Source of the DNA: Pseudovirgaria hyperparasitica
Taxonomy: Eukaryota
Reading direction: 5' to 3' (one strand)
Assembly: GCA_010093815.1 (NCBI GenBank)
Contig: ML996590.1
DNA length: 38,203 nucleotides
The notes under the pieces are model-generated. The model saw only the letters and a program-made list of their open reading frames with translations, was not told the DNA's origin and did no database searches. This document shows, piece after piece, positions 12,801-25,758 of the stretch (positions are counted from its first letter, which is position 1; each line of letters starts with the position of its first letter). A program made the translations under genes and the position numbers.

Positions 12801-14775
12801 AAGTATATCGCGTACTACTACTCTATTAAGCTTTAGAAGTATAGACTACTATATATCTATATTCTTATTATTATAATACTAGATAATTACGCTACTTCTA
12901 TTAAAAAGATTAACGCCGCTATATATATAGAGCTCCTAGATCTAAGCTCTAATCTAGTACTATTTAGAATTATCTATTATACTATACTATATAGGCCTTA
13001 TAGTAATATAAATCTATTAAGTCTATATATAATAATAAGTAAGAGATATTCTAGTCGCCGTAAGTATTACTATTAGTTCCCCTTTCTATATATAAATAAG
13101 ACGTTACTACTAGTTAGGAAAGAGCCATTCTACTAGCGTCGTGCTAGCGTATATATCTACTAGAAGAATAATAATTAGTATATCTACTTAAGTCGTAATA
13201 TTATACTATATAATCCTTATCTTTTAAAACGGTATAATGCGTATATTAATATTAAGTTATACTATAGTATAGATATATTTAAGTACGTATTTAAGTATAT
13301 ATATAAGGGCCTAGATATAGTAAATATCCTTATATAGCGTGATAATCTAAATCCTTCTAGGTCGCACCTAGACCTAGGGTAGTAGATATATATAGGTGGT
13401 ATACGGTATCGCGGCTATAGTAATAGTTATACTTAAGCTAGTTATTAGTAGTAATAGAGTTATTATAGTACTAGCGTAGAGTATCCTCCCTAGAATTAGA
13501 TTCTTAATAAGATAAAGGTCTTTATTAACGTACGCTATCTCTCTAGCTATAAGACTATCTACGGTATTATAAATCTACTATTCTATAGCTAGTTCCCCCC
13601 TATATAGATACTTACTATATATAAGAAGAATTAGTAAATGGTTATCTTCTAATATAGAGACAATAACTTACTAGGGAATATATCTATTCTAGCGCGGGCT
13701 AGGAATATAATACTAACTAAGTTCTTTATTATAAACTAGTAGCGTACTATTATAGGGCTACTATAACTCTATTATATAGAGTTTCCCTAGTATTATATCT
13801 AGATCTAGAATAAGGTATAGTGTAAGCGACGTGGTAAGTTCTTAATTAGTCGTCTACTCTAGATACTATAGATAGCTAGGGAGGTATTCTATCTACGAAC
13901 TCTACTTCTCTATATCCCTAGGTAGATATTATTTAATAATATAAGAATATATAATAGTATAGTATATTCTATATACCGCGACGTATATACTATATAAGGA
14001 CTACTTTATAATAATAGTAAATACTAGCTAGCGCTTATAGAGATTATAGGTACTTAGCCTATAGTAGACCTATAATAGATATTTACTATTATAGTATAAG
14101 CTAATAACTAAGGTAGTAATCGAGATCTCTAGAACTAGTTTAAGAATACCCTTAGTAATAACTATATCTACTAGCTCTATAAGTACTTCTAGGTCCCTAA
14201 GCTAATAGTTATATAGTAATATAAGCTAGTACTCTACTATATTCACGACTATCTCTAGTATATAGAAACGGATATAAACCGTATCGTACTCTCTATACTA
14301 GCCTTTAATTAGCTCTATATAACTATACTAGGTAGAAATCGTATTCTTTATAAGTAGATAAACTAGCGTTATAATAACCTAGCGTAGTTTATTATATAGT
14401 ATCTCCCTAGTCTAAACTAGAAATAGTAACGTGTATACGATACTCTATTAGATACTATAGAGGCTAGTTATAGGGAGGTCTTCTTTCTTAATAGATCTAG
14501 TAGAATAGGGAAGATACTAGTATAGAATCTAGTACTAGATATACTATGACTTTCTAGGAAAGTTATACTAGTAACTACCTCCTCTAGTATTACTATAATT
14601 CTTTTATATAGTAGTATAATAGTATATTCCCGTTTTAAGATTCCCCTCTAGGTAGAGCGCGATACTAGCTATAATATTAGCGCTAGTATCTATCTTAGCC
14701 GTATACTCTACGCTATAGATATATATTTCTAGAATAAGTATATAATATTATATTAATATTCTATTAAGGTAGTAG
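9855..14775 (+). mobile_element. Helitron (RepHel: HUH Rep plus PIF1 helicase), RIP pseudogene, helicase interrupted by an LTR element
   Basis: De-RIPed PKYAQLYIYD (~11645); TFHGGPRFMQE.Y.DAMA and FFITMTCNP.W (~12560-12675, Rep motif 1); IELQKRGLPHVHIL (~12825-12868, HUH); HINVE..FKYVFKYMYKGPD (~13240-13315, motif 3); Walker A FLDGPGGTGKT (~14485-14517); ASSGIAA..GG.TAHSRFKIP; IFWDE; ends at E-A-V-(D) at 14775. The 5' boundary is inferred from the abrupt end of Gypsy integrase homology and a TC start. Confidence 0.92.
10785..11085 (+). repeat. ~130-bp degenerate tandem repeat (about 2.3 copies) in the Helitron N-terminal region
   Basis: Recurring block (g)actct(t)tct(c/t)aga...tagta(g/a)atac at ~10785, ~10921 and ~11051. 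Full units de-RIP to include CC.AG(I/V)AVL. Confidence 0.6.
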
Positions 14776-15003
14776 TGTAAGAATAGGGTTATTAGATAGT
14801 AGTATAGTTAGATAGAACAATAGGGTGTATTCTATTATAGAACGAATTACTACCAAACCCTTTCGGTAGGAATCTAAGAGTATATATATAAAGAGACGCC
14901 GATCTATCTAGTATATAACTATTTACCGCCCTTCACGTCACCTCCTAACCCTATTAGCTAAGGTATATATAGGTCGGGTTCTATCTAAGGCTAAGTCCTA
15001 ATA
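14776..15003 (-). repeat. 3' LTR of a second Gypsy family B copy (228 bp)
   Basis: Homologous to 731-958. Plus-strand TGTAAG start equals the minus-strand ...TTACA end. Immediately preceded on the minus strand by a polypurine tract. Confidence 0.88.
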
Positions 15004-15020
15004 ATTATCCCTTCCCTCTA
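15004..15020 (-). promoter_or_regulatory. Polypurine tract (PPT) of Gypsy family B
   Basis: Plus-strand attatcccttccctcta reads TAGAGGGAAGGGATAAT on the minus strand, abutting the LTR start. Confidence 0.75.
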
Positions 15021-15560
15021 GAAAGCTACCCTTAGTAACCTAGATTATTACCTATCTCTATATCTCTATTCTAAGTCTTATAAGACCTTAGTCGTTCTCT
15101 ACGCTTTATCTTAGATACTTACTAATATTTGCCGATCTAAGATTTATATAAGTGTTTTCCTAATAAACTAGATTTTATCTATCTTAACTTCTTATATAGG
15201 TAAGATTACCTAATTAGGCCTAGCGTATCACGTAATGTAATTAGATAAGCCCGTGTACTACCTATATTAAAATCTTTTCTTAGAAATATTCCTTTCTTTA
15301 AAAAACTTCTTAACTCTTTATAGAGTTTTTTAGATTATTAGGTATATTACCCGATTCTTATAGATATAGATTTATATAGATTTACTATAATTTAGTATGA
15401 TTTACGTAATTTACTAATTTTTATACCGTCCTTAGCTAGTAATAATATAGTTCGTAATAATCTGTATAAATTAGTAATAATTATAATATAGTTTCCTAAA
15501 ATCTTAACGCTCTAAAGTAATCGGCGCGGAAATAGATATCTTTAAATAATCCCTATCTTA
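15021..15560 (-). mobile_element. 3' internal region of Gypsy family B copy 2 (left flank of the Plavaka insertion)
   Basis: Lies between the PPT and the left TIR and has a RIP signature. No pol motif recognised. Confidence 0.55.
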
Positions 15561-15586
15561 CATTAGGAAAGATACAGCGCTCCCAA
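15561..15586 (+). repeat. Left terminal inverted repeat
   Basis: Reverse complement of 37647-37672 with one mismatch. Confidence 0.92.
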
Positions 15587-15694
15587 GTACTCCTAAGTAC
15601 TCCCTAAGTATTCTTTCATCCCATTATATCTATCGGGCGGACCTACTTACTATCTATCCTAACGGGACGGCTTTATATAATTTATACTAAGTAT

Positions 15695-15832
15695 TCCGTT
15701 TATACCAAACGTCCCGTTTATACCGAACGTCCCGTTTATACCGAACATACTAGTTATACTAAACGTCCCGTTTATACTAAACGCACTAGTTATACCGAAC
15801 GTCCCGTTTATACCGAACGTACCGTTTATACC
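15695..15832 (+). repeat. Left subterminal 18-bp tandem array (~7.7 copies, consensus CCCGTTTATACCGAACGT)
   Basis: Read directly from the sequence. Confidence 0.95.
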
Positions 15833-15912
15833 AACGGGATAATTAGTACTAGTTGTTCTCTTAATACTAATTAGCTTACTAGTACTACTTATTTACTATA
15901 TACTAATCACTC

Positions 15913-18119
15913 TCATAGAATAAATAGTATATAGTATTTTAGCTTCTCTATCTACTCTACCTACTCTATCTACTCTATATACTCTATCTATTTTAATAGA
16001 AGTCTCTTTTCTAAAGTAATATCTTTATCTAAAGTATCTCTATAACTCTATATATCTTATTATTCTAAATTATATCTTTAGTATATTTAATTATAGTCTT
16101 TAAATTTAATACTAGAAAGATAGTATATAATAGAGAGTAGAGGTTAAAAATTAATTAGACTAGGAACTTAAATTAAATGGTACTATTCTAAGCTCTCTCC
16201 GACTATATAGCTATAATAAAATATAGTAGACCTTCCTTTCTTCTGCCTTTAGGCGGTGTCCTTTATCTATTAAAAGGTGTCCTTATCTAGAACTACCTTT
16301 GATGACCTTTTCTCCCACTAGACACTTCCCTCTATATTTCTAGTTACTATTTTTATTCTCTCTTATATTATCTATTCGGCCTCGTGGTAGTCTATATAGT
16401 TCCCTAGCTATATACTAATATCCGACTTCTCTTAAAAGTGTATACTCTTTATATATAGGTTAAAGACCCGACTTAAACGTCCGCTACCATCTAACTTTAT
16501 TTTAATTTAAGTATTAGTCGGGGTAGATAGACTACTAGTTAAGGTAGCTATAAGTAGGGATAATAAGTTAGTAATAGACTCATTTATACTACACGTATAT
16601 ATACTATTATTTACCGTTCCCGCGGTTACTTAGAGCGGGTCTATACTTAATACCTAAGATGGTATAATCTTATCCGTAGCCACTACTAGTGGTATAGAAC
16701 TCTCACCTATATCTAATGGCGCATGAGATGATTCGAGGTACTTATCTAACTAGTTTAGAGTATCCGACTTATCCTTTTCATAGTAGTTAGTATCTATATA
16801 GCCTCTATAACTTTAGTATATACTTATATTACCCGATAGCTTAGACTCCTCGCTCTTATCTAAGTTATCTATATCTACTTTAGAGAAGTTATCTAGGTTA
16901 TCTTTATATGGGTTTATATATATAGTATCCGGGTCGATTAGTATTAGTACTATAAATACTAATACTATTAGCGATTTTTAAATATAGTCGATGCGGTAGG
17001 GCGCCTAGTTCGACTAAATTAGGCTTAGCGCTCGTTATTCCTCTATATAATTTAGCACGCGATTAGATAAAGGTATATATATATACCTAGTATTAGTAGA
17101 GAGCGTGTAAATCTATAGCGACTAAAGGACGAGTTCGGCGCCCGCCCGCTACTATATTCGTTAAGGGCATGCCTTATTATAATATATATAATAGTAATCG
17201 TAGATGGTGGGATCGGTCGGAATATACTACTATAGTACTCCTTTAATCTAAGGAATCTTAGGGACTATAGTAGAACTAACTTTAGAGCCTTAATTACTAC
17301 TAGCCCTACGAACATTTTCTAAGTTACGCTAGTATTATACTAATAATTAGTAACACGTCTAACATGACGTAAGTAATATATCTTTACTCCTATATATGCG
17401 TTATTACGTATTAGATTACTTATACTAGCTTTTCTCTTCTCGGCTATCTCCTAGTCCTAGTATTCGGATACTATCTATCTAACTCTAGAGAGGAGTTAGT
17501 AACGGAAGTCTATTATATCTTCCTTTACTAGCGCAATAACATGGGCGGGAGGTGTGTTTTATGAATTATAATTAAGGTAGTAGCTACTAAGATTAATATC
17601 TCCGGCGGCTATCTAGGCTAATTATACTAGTATCCTAAAACTATCTAGGCTACTATCTAGCCATATATTAAGGCGATCGAATACCGGTAGTAACCGGCCT
17701 AAAAACGTTATAGCGATTAAAATCTCTATTATCGTAAGGTACCGGTCTCATTTATAAGGCTAGAGACTATCTCTATAGGACCGCCTCTTTTTATAGATAG
17801 TTAGTTCCCTCTCTACTACTATTTCTCTACCTTCTTCTATTAAGCTAGATGGCTAATATAGTAGAGGAGAGGACGTAAGGCCGTTATATCCCTAGTTACT
17901 ATTATAGTAGGATATTACCGTAACGTCTAAGCTATATAGGGTGTTACTACTATATTCGCTACCGGTATACCTAGACTACTAGGTTATTAGTAGATAAATG
18001 AACGCGTCGAGATAAGCTAGATATATATATATACGTTTTTTATGTCGATGGCTGTCGTGTAAGTCTCTATTATTAATGCTAATACGTGTCTACGTTGTAT
18101 CGTATCTTCGTTTACCTAT
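15913..18119 (-). pseudogene. DUF6532-like protein with acidic low-complexity C-terminal part (RIP pseudogene, boundaries approximate)
   Basis: Minus strand ~17320->17100 de-RIPs to MFAGPAVIEALKLVL...GVFRPIPPSTIAIVCIMMRHALDEYSSGRAPNSSF, matching my recollection of the DUF6532 pattern F.PIP...IAL....I..AL.EW.TG....F. GT..CTAAT..TAG intron at ~17340-17387; D/E-rich stretch at ~16840-16910. Confidence 0.65.
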
Positions 18120-18558
18120 CCCGTTTAGTTTACTATGGTTACTAGATTGTCTTCTATTAGTATTACCGCTACGGTAGCTAGATAGTCCCTTAACCGTCTT
18201 CCGTGTTAGAGGTCCTATAGAGAAGATATATAAGAGATTAGTAGATATTTTCATTAGTAATGGGTCGGTAACCTACTAGGCGATAATATTAGATAGCGGG
18301 ATAATAACTAGCTAGTAGACACGATAAAGGTTTAGGTGTAGACTAATATAGTGTTTTTATAGACGCGTGATGCTTACGCGTTATTATTAATAATTTTAAG
18401 CGAGCGTATATAGGAATCAAGGGGCTAAGAGCCGGGTAGAAGTCGGGGGTTAGTGGGTATATATCGGGCTTTCAACGGGCTTACACCTAACTTCTTCCGG
18501 TATACGCCTAGAATATCCGCCGTATACCGTATTATTACTATCTACTAATAATTATACT

Positions 18559-21500
18559 ATGGTATTTTTTCTTTATAGTAACTATACCTCGAGATGCTAC
18601 GGGCCGTAGTCTTCTACTAATACTATATTAGAAAGATTAGTAGTATATACTATATAATCCGTAGGCACTATAACTCGGAACCGTATAGACGAGCACGGCT
18701 TGCTATATTACTATTATTATTATAACCATTAGGCCCGTAGCTACTACTATCGACCGGGTTACGGCGCGGCTTTAGTACTCGTAGTTATATTAGTCGATAG
18801 AACTCTTTAGTTCGCTCTATTAGTATTTAGCCGTCGAGTATTAATCAGAAGTCTAAGCCTATAGAATTAGGTACTTCTACTACTAATATTACCCTATGTA
18901 AAGATACTACTATTTTCCCTAATCCTGTTTCGGACCTGGAATCTATGGACGGCGTTACTAGTAGCTATGGTACCGATTTAGTATATTAGTCTAATATATA
19001 TAGTAGAAATACTATGTCTATGGCGACGAGGGCGTCTAGTACTATATATTTAACGAAAACGTTCGAAGAGGAGAGCGGTATATATATTATAGTAGACTAG
19101 AGTAGACGTGATAATCCGTCCGACGTAAGTATATATAGTCTAGGTTTATAGTAGTAACTAATTTAGTAGGCCTAATTCGGTTAATTCGATAGTAAGTTTA
19201 TAGAGCGCCTTATAATATAGACGAATCGGTTTAGTATTTCGAATATAGTATACGATAAATTAACTACTATCCTTAAATAGACTTCCGCTATACCCCCCGA
19301 CCTTTTTATACTAAAATCTAATGTCGTGCGTAAGTAGTTATTATACTACCCTAAAGGGATACTGCACGAAAGTTAGTAGCGTAGCTGTGATATATTTAGC
19401 ACTACTATAGTCGAATACTAGTATAGGGATCCGCTTACGTTAGTGGAATTCCTCCTTAGATACTAACTATTCGCTAGTAAGCTCGTGTTTAAGCCGGTAC
19501 GATAATTTACTAGTTTAGGCGACCGGGTATATAGTAAAGCCTATATAGTAGATGGTTAGTAGGATATATACGCTACTATTCCGGATGGTACCGTCGTCGT
19601 CCCTATTATTTTATCTTCGGATAAGATAAACCTTACTAACCATGGTAGTAATAGAGTAGTATAGCTAGTCTATCTATCTATTTATAATCTACCACTAAAC
19701 GTCCGCTTATCTAGGAGTCTACTATTATTTCTACTACTTACTCTATTACTAGTAGTTAAGCTAGAAACGGTAGCGAATCGCTTTATGTTCCATTAGGTTA
19801 TAAGTAAAGTTCTAGCCCGTATATCCGCCCATGATAGAGTCGTTAACTATACTAATTATTATATAGCGTTATAGGCTATATAGAGTACTAGAGTATTAGT
19901 ATTATGTGCCGATGGCGGCTTATGTAAGTGCTATCCGCGTTTAGCTTTATATATTATAGATTTTCCGGAGTAGGTGCTTATCACGGGTGTATCCCATTAG
20001 TATATATATCTAATATATATAGTCCCTAGTAACAGACGATAGTATCTACGAGAAGCTATTACTAGTATATAGGAGTTCCGTATATACTCGTCGTTATAGA
20101 AATAGGTTTACCGTGTACGTCGCGAGTTAATAACTAATGGCTATAGTAGCGAGTATACTAGTAGTAAGATAGATAATAGGACGAGTGTACCTAGTATCTT
20201 ATCGTTTTCGTCGATATCTTTCGCGCTAGTAGTATAGGGCTATTATATTCGCTAATCGGTTAAGAGTCGGTATTCTAGTAGGTGGATAGAGCCATTAGAT
20301 AATTTTGCCTAGTTACTTACTAGAGTTAATATATACCGCGCGGTCGCTCCGGATATTCTACATTAACTATATAAGGGTATATTATAACACACGTTCAATT
20401 GGATAGTCTTATATATTATTAATTAAGAGTGTACGGGACATAAGTTAAAGGGTATATTTACCGGTATACCCCCTATAGAACGAGTAAAGAAGGCGATCGA
20501 TAAGCGATTCGCGTCTATTAGGGTATTCGGTCGTTATAACCTACTTAAGTATATAACTTTAGTAATATAATAGACGGGGGCGATGTTTAAGCGTATACTA
20601 GTAGTGTTTATAGTCGCGTTTAAACCGCTCCTATATCATGATTAACACTTCCTAAGCGTAGTGCGGGCGGTTATTAATATATGTATATTAGCGGCGTACT
20701 ATACGCATAATATATAGATACTAGCATACTTAGAAGAGGCTATATTACGCTTAGATAACCTAAAATACTAGTTTATACTATATCGTGGAGATAAATCGGA
20801 GGATAATTATTTTAACTTTCCGAAGTTCTATACATTATCGCACCTAGTTAATACTATTAAACACCATAGTTCGTTATATCTAATATCGGTAGAGCTACTA
20901 GAGCGATCTTATATCGTAGTAAAGGAATTATATTAAGGTTTAAATAAGAGGGAGACGTTTCTATAGTAGATGCTAGTAGTAGACACACGCACGATAAATA
21001 CTAAAATCTCTAGTAGTATAGAGGTAGCGGCTAGTACTAGTATATTAGTAGCCCCTGGCCTAGAGTAGCTCGATAATATACGTAAGCTAGTCGGCTAGCG
21101 GCGTATTCTAAAGGAGCCACGCTAGAGTAAATATACACTCTACGTCTTATAGAGCCATAGACTATCTACGTCCTACTAGACTACCATTAGCGACCTCTAC
21201 GACGTGTATAGTAGTAGTTTTATATTACTTGATACGGTTATACCCTTTATATATAACTATCGTAATCGGCTTATTAGGGATAATATATTAAAAGGTGCGA
21301 ATGTTAAACATATTAAAAAGGACCCTTCGTAGGCACGGGTCCTTTCTATCTATATATATAAGACCATGTACGTGCTAATACGACTAGATAGAGATATATC
21401 TATAGAGGCCTTCGACCCGATTTAGGTAAGGTATGCCCGTAACTAGTAAAAGAGTAGTAAGGCTAGGGAGGATTATATAATAGTATAGGAGTTTAACGAG

Positions 21501-21920
21501 GGTAGTAACTATCTTAACGGGAAGCGGGTTAGTAAAGTCCGTATATTTCTAGAGGTATACGATATGGAGAGCATTAACGTAACTAGTAGTATGGCGGCGC
21601 GATTCCTAGGTACGTTAGTTAAACTACTTAATAACTCGGGTAGAGGCAATATTAATACTATTAGTGGCCTTATACTATTACGTATAGCGGGTTAAAGGTC
21701 TAGTAATAAGACTTATATAATGGATAGGTTCCGTGTCTACGAGCTAGAGCATGTCCTACGCCCTATATAGATTATATTATATTAGTTAGTTACGGATAGT
21801 TTATTCTAGTTAAATACGTATAGTAATTAGGGGATCTATAATAAGGTATATAACCTAGACTTCTAGGCTATGAATAGACGAAACGTGACCGTAGCGTTAA
21901 AACACGGGCGCGTGTCGTAA
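18559..21920 (+). pseudogene. Plavaka-family transposase (RIP pseudogene; start uncertain, 18559-18945)
   Basis: One frame from 18945 to stop 21918-21920 with de-RIPed motifs YRDP; RVYSEAHTADGWW..VVVPIILSSDKTNLT..G...AWPVYLSI.NLP (SDKT ~19617); CADG..RKCYPRLALYIADFPEQ..CP.C.VP (~19845-20025); APDILHQLYKG (~20346); HFNFPKFHALSH (~20808); LNTYSDW..YNEVYDPDF. These are the motif series of fungal Plavaka transposases (PF18759). Confidence 0.9.
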
Positions 21921-22366
21921 GTCTATCGCTATCTACTACCGCCTACCGTAGTATACCGGCATATACCGGTATATAGCGGAAGTTATAGTTTATATATAGT
22001 AGTACTTAATAGTCGTATCCTATACTAGGATATCTCTAAGGAATAATCGTGGTTTATTACGATCGGTTCTATAAAAGGCTTATATTTAATAACTATCTAT
22101 AATTTTAGCTAAGGAGTATCTAGGGATGCACCTCCTTATTACCTAATAATTACTAGCTAGTATAAAAACTCTACGCCTCTAAAAGGGGTATATAGAACTT
22201 AAAGGATCCTTATTCACGGGTAGAACTAGACGCGGATAGTATTAACCTAACATAGATAGATTATATATATTAATACCCTGAAATCCGAACTATGTCTCTA
22301 GGTCTACTAGACCTAGCTCACACCCGATTCTAATGTTTTCGTTATTCGCGTTTATGCCTCGTTGGA

Positions 22367-22500
22367 TACCGGGCATATAACGAGTCTATAGTTAAGTAAG
22401 TATTAGGTACGTAACGAGTCTATTAATAAATGAGTACCGGGTATGTAACGAGTCTATGTAAATAAGTGTAAATAAGTATATACTAGGTATATAACGCTCT
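22367..22500 (+). repeat. ~34-bp degenerate tandem repeat (3-4 copies, core GG(C/T)A(T/C)(A/G)TAACGAGTCTAT)
   Basis: taacgagtctat occurs three times at ~34-bp spacing, followed by a partial fourth copy. Confidence 0.8.
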
Positions 22501-22739
22501 TACCAGGGAAACGTCTTCCTTAAGTATCTCCCCCTTCTAATATTTCTCCTTCTCTTTCTTTATTCTTTCTCTAGCCTTATAAGTATAGTTAGACTTATAT
22601 CGCTATATTATTAATGTGTACGTTCTTATATAGACCGTTAGAAACTACGGTAACTAGATATATATTCTCGTGATAGATAAATATACCGCACTAATACGTC
22701 GTATTATTCGTGTTTAATATAAGGGTTTACTACTACGAT

Positions 22740-23400
22740 CATTCGTCGTTACGCTCGTCTATCTCTTCTTAACGATAGTACTAATTAATAACGACCTATT
22801 ATAGAGATAATAGTTAGCATTACGTACTTCTCTTAAATATTTATATATTAATATTATATAAGTACATGCTTCGCGGAGGTCCTCTATCCTTCCCTTAAGC
22901 TATCTAGACTATCCCCTAATCGCTAAAAACTCTTATATCTAACTATTTCTACTATTTATTCCTCGGTTCTACTCGTTAGGCTTCGAACGATAGCGAACTA
23001 TAACGGGTTAGCGGTTATCTATATTTCGCGTACGCCGAGTTAGCATGCCTGAATATAATAGATGATAGTGTATTTATAATAGTATATACTAGATCTTATA
23101 GTATTTCTCTTTGGCGGTAGATCCACGTAGTCGTAAAGACGGCCTACTATCCTATTATACCTATATACTACGCTACTCTTTTATTATATATAGACGGTAT
23201 TACCGGAGTAGGGCTATCGCCCGGTAAACTTAACGTTATATATAGAGTATTGTGTATTTAACGTCGTTATTTCACGTGCCCTATGTTAGTGCGGGATCGG
23301 ATGCCGGCCGTATATTTCCCCGCCTCTATTAAATTAACGAGTTATTACCGAAAACTATACGGACTACTCGCGTTAATGTAGCCGTAACGTACGTGTTATA
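22740..23400 (-). pseudogene. Possible small intron-containing orphan gene
   Basis: Minus strand has fungal branch/acceptor signals (CACTAACATAG ~23282-23292; GCTAACCCGTTATAG ~22998-23012) separating coding-like segments. No domain recognised. Confidence 0.3.
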
Positions 23401-23479
23401 CCTACGCCTATTATATAGTATATATATCTCGTCTCTCTATTACCCTAGTAATATATACTATTCCCTATTCCGTCTACCT

Positions 23480-24333
23480 ATAGCTACGTCCGGCTAGCCG
23501 CGAATAAATAGCCGAGTAGAAGCGAGTCTCGACCTACTTTATATATTTAGAGCGTCCGATAGGTAGAAACTTCGGGTATATATAGAAGAGTTAATTTAGA
23601 AGGAATTTACTAGCCTATTACTAAACCTACGTAGTAAGGAAGTAAAGGACCACTATATAAAACAAGAGCGTTGCCTATAGACGGTCGTAGATAAATATAT
23701 ATTTATTAACGGTAGTTATACTATTTCACGGGTAGATACCATATATTAACTTAATACTATATTCTTGGTATTTACACGTAACTAGCGGCGGTTGGCTAAA
23801 TACCATTATATACGTTAAAACGATACCCCGGGCTAGACAAGCCGTTATAATGTTATATATACCCTACGAACCCGCCTAATATATCTAGCTAACCTAGTTA
23901 TTTAACCGTCGGACCACTAGTATCTATATCTCCTAAGGTAGCCGTGCCGCCGTGTTATATATGTATACCTATAGTCCTTATCCGCGATTATACTCGGGTC
24001 ACCCTAGTACTAATAACGGCCATATAGAATGGCACGACGCCGTTAAATATTAAGGGTATAAAAATACGCGATATAGTAGGTCTTAGTATAAATAAACTAT
24101 TAGAATTTATTAGCTCGTCTATAGATATACTAGGGGATGTAGGCGGTTATAGGTATGGTCGTGTCTACCTAGAGTACCCGATCCTACCGAGCGAGTCGAG
24201 TAATATAATTCTTTATAAGGATAGTTTAGACTAGGTATTATAGTAGACTATTAAATAGGCACTAGGCTTAGGACTAGATCGGGTGGTTTTCCGCGTGGGC
24301 GATATAAATAGTATATTTAGAAGCCTACTATAA
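23480..24333 (+). pseudogene. Orphan cargo gene 1 (helical N-terminal domain, linker, alpha/beta C-terminal domain)
   Basis: Coding-like frames whose stops are RIP-type TAA/TAG: MATSGQPRMNSRAEASLDLLCIFGASDRQKLRVYMEELIQKEF... and ...GRVYLEYPILPSESSDMIL.EDSLDQ.L...LDRVVFRVGD. One frame change near 23850-23940. Confidence 0.5.
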
Positions 24334-24599
24334 CGTATTAACTATAATCTAACCATATAGAAACGTCGCGCTATAAGTATAGTAGCGGGATTCATCCGTC
24401 TAGCGCGCGTAGGTAAGCTCGAGATATATATACGCCGATAGATATCGGCATATATTAACATATTACGACTACTAAGTGGTATATACCGATATATACCGGC
24501 ATATCCGGTATATACTAGTATAATACCGTCGCTCTTCCGTGGACATAACACTATTTATATATCTTAGGTTTTCGGTTATCGGTTACGTATAGTATTATA

Positions 24600-25320
24600 T
24601 ACACGGCGGATACCTTACTAGATTTAGGTCTTTCGTCGATAGTATATAGGTACGCCCTAGTCTACTTAATATAGGTATAGTCGACGCTTTACCTACTTAA
24701 ACGATAGACGTTAATAATGACGCGACTAGTATATTTACCTATTATATTATTAGCTAGCTAACGTTATATTAGGAGAGTCGAGCGCCGCCGTCCCGCCTAC
24801 TCTACCCGTCGATGTTAACATACTAGCGATTATAACCTAATCGCCTTATAAATTAATATATAATACCGGTATACTCGAGAGTTTGAGCGAACGTATAAAA
24901 GTCTAATATTATATACTATTTAGGGCCGGGGAGGAAGCGCCTACCGGCGTAGTAGTTATTAAGGCGATAGTAGAAGTCTATATATAACTAGACATACTAA
25001 GTCCGCCTCCTTCTTATGTGGTCCTATCGCTAGATAATATTACCGGTTTTAATATTATGGGAGAGGAGTTTATAGATACGAACCTATGAATATTAGTATA
25101 ATATCGGCTCGATAGTACGTATTATAGTATAAGGTAAGTTATATTTAAGCGGTAGTTAGACACGTGCGCTAGTATACTAATAGATATATAGTATCTCTAC
25201 CATGAATAGAATAGGCAAGGCATGGCTAGTAATATCTTACTACCTAGAAGAGATAGTTACCATAGAATTTAGAAGATAGGCTCGGCGTCTATGGCGTTAG
25301 TGTGTCGGACGGTTGAACTT
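24600..25320 (+). pseudogene. Orphan cargo gene 2 with two apparent introns
   Basis: Acceptor GCTAACGTTATATTAG (~24756-24772) and intron GTAAGT...CTAAT...TATAG (~25134-25190) flank a coding-like exon (GEEAPTGVVVI.A..EV...DIPSPPPSYVVLS.DDITGF). Confidence 0.45.
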
Positions 25321-25758
25321 TCATATAATACTATTTACTTATACCTATATTCACCTAAGCCCCGATTCGATAGCCTTCTATAATATACTATATACTTGGT
25401 TAGCGAGCTACTAGACTCATATAATAGTAGTATACTACCCTACTTTATATACTACTTAAGCTACTATTACTTTAGCCTACGTTAATCTTAGCTTCCTTTA
25501 GTCGTCCCTATATTATAAAAGAAAACTTCTATAAACCTTTCCTCTACTTATCTTGGTTTTTAAACCTAAATCTTACCTTCTATACTTTATTCCGTGTTAA
25601 TTACGACTATATATAAACGCTACATCGAACTCGACTCTATTAACCCTTAAGGTCCATTCTATATAATAGTTAACAAGGTTATATTTATAGTTCATAATAT
25701 GGATTAAGAACTCGTTATATTCGGCGATGTTTAGGACTAGTCTACGCTCGACGTAATT

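Noticed and set aside
731..15003. The two 228-bp LTRs as the paired LTRs of the plus-strand Gypsy A, or 14776-15003 as a solo LTR
   Set aside because: gag lies left of the first LTR and the PPT lies right of the second, both on the minus strand, so they belong to two separate family B elements extending away from each other. No matching TSD flanks 14776-15003.
24342..24551. ORF-track 69-aa minus-strand ORF
   Set aside because: It overlaps the TATACCGG repeat cluster and has low-complexity Y/I/R composition typical of RIPed non-coding DNA.
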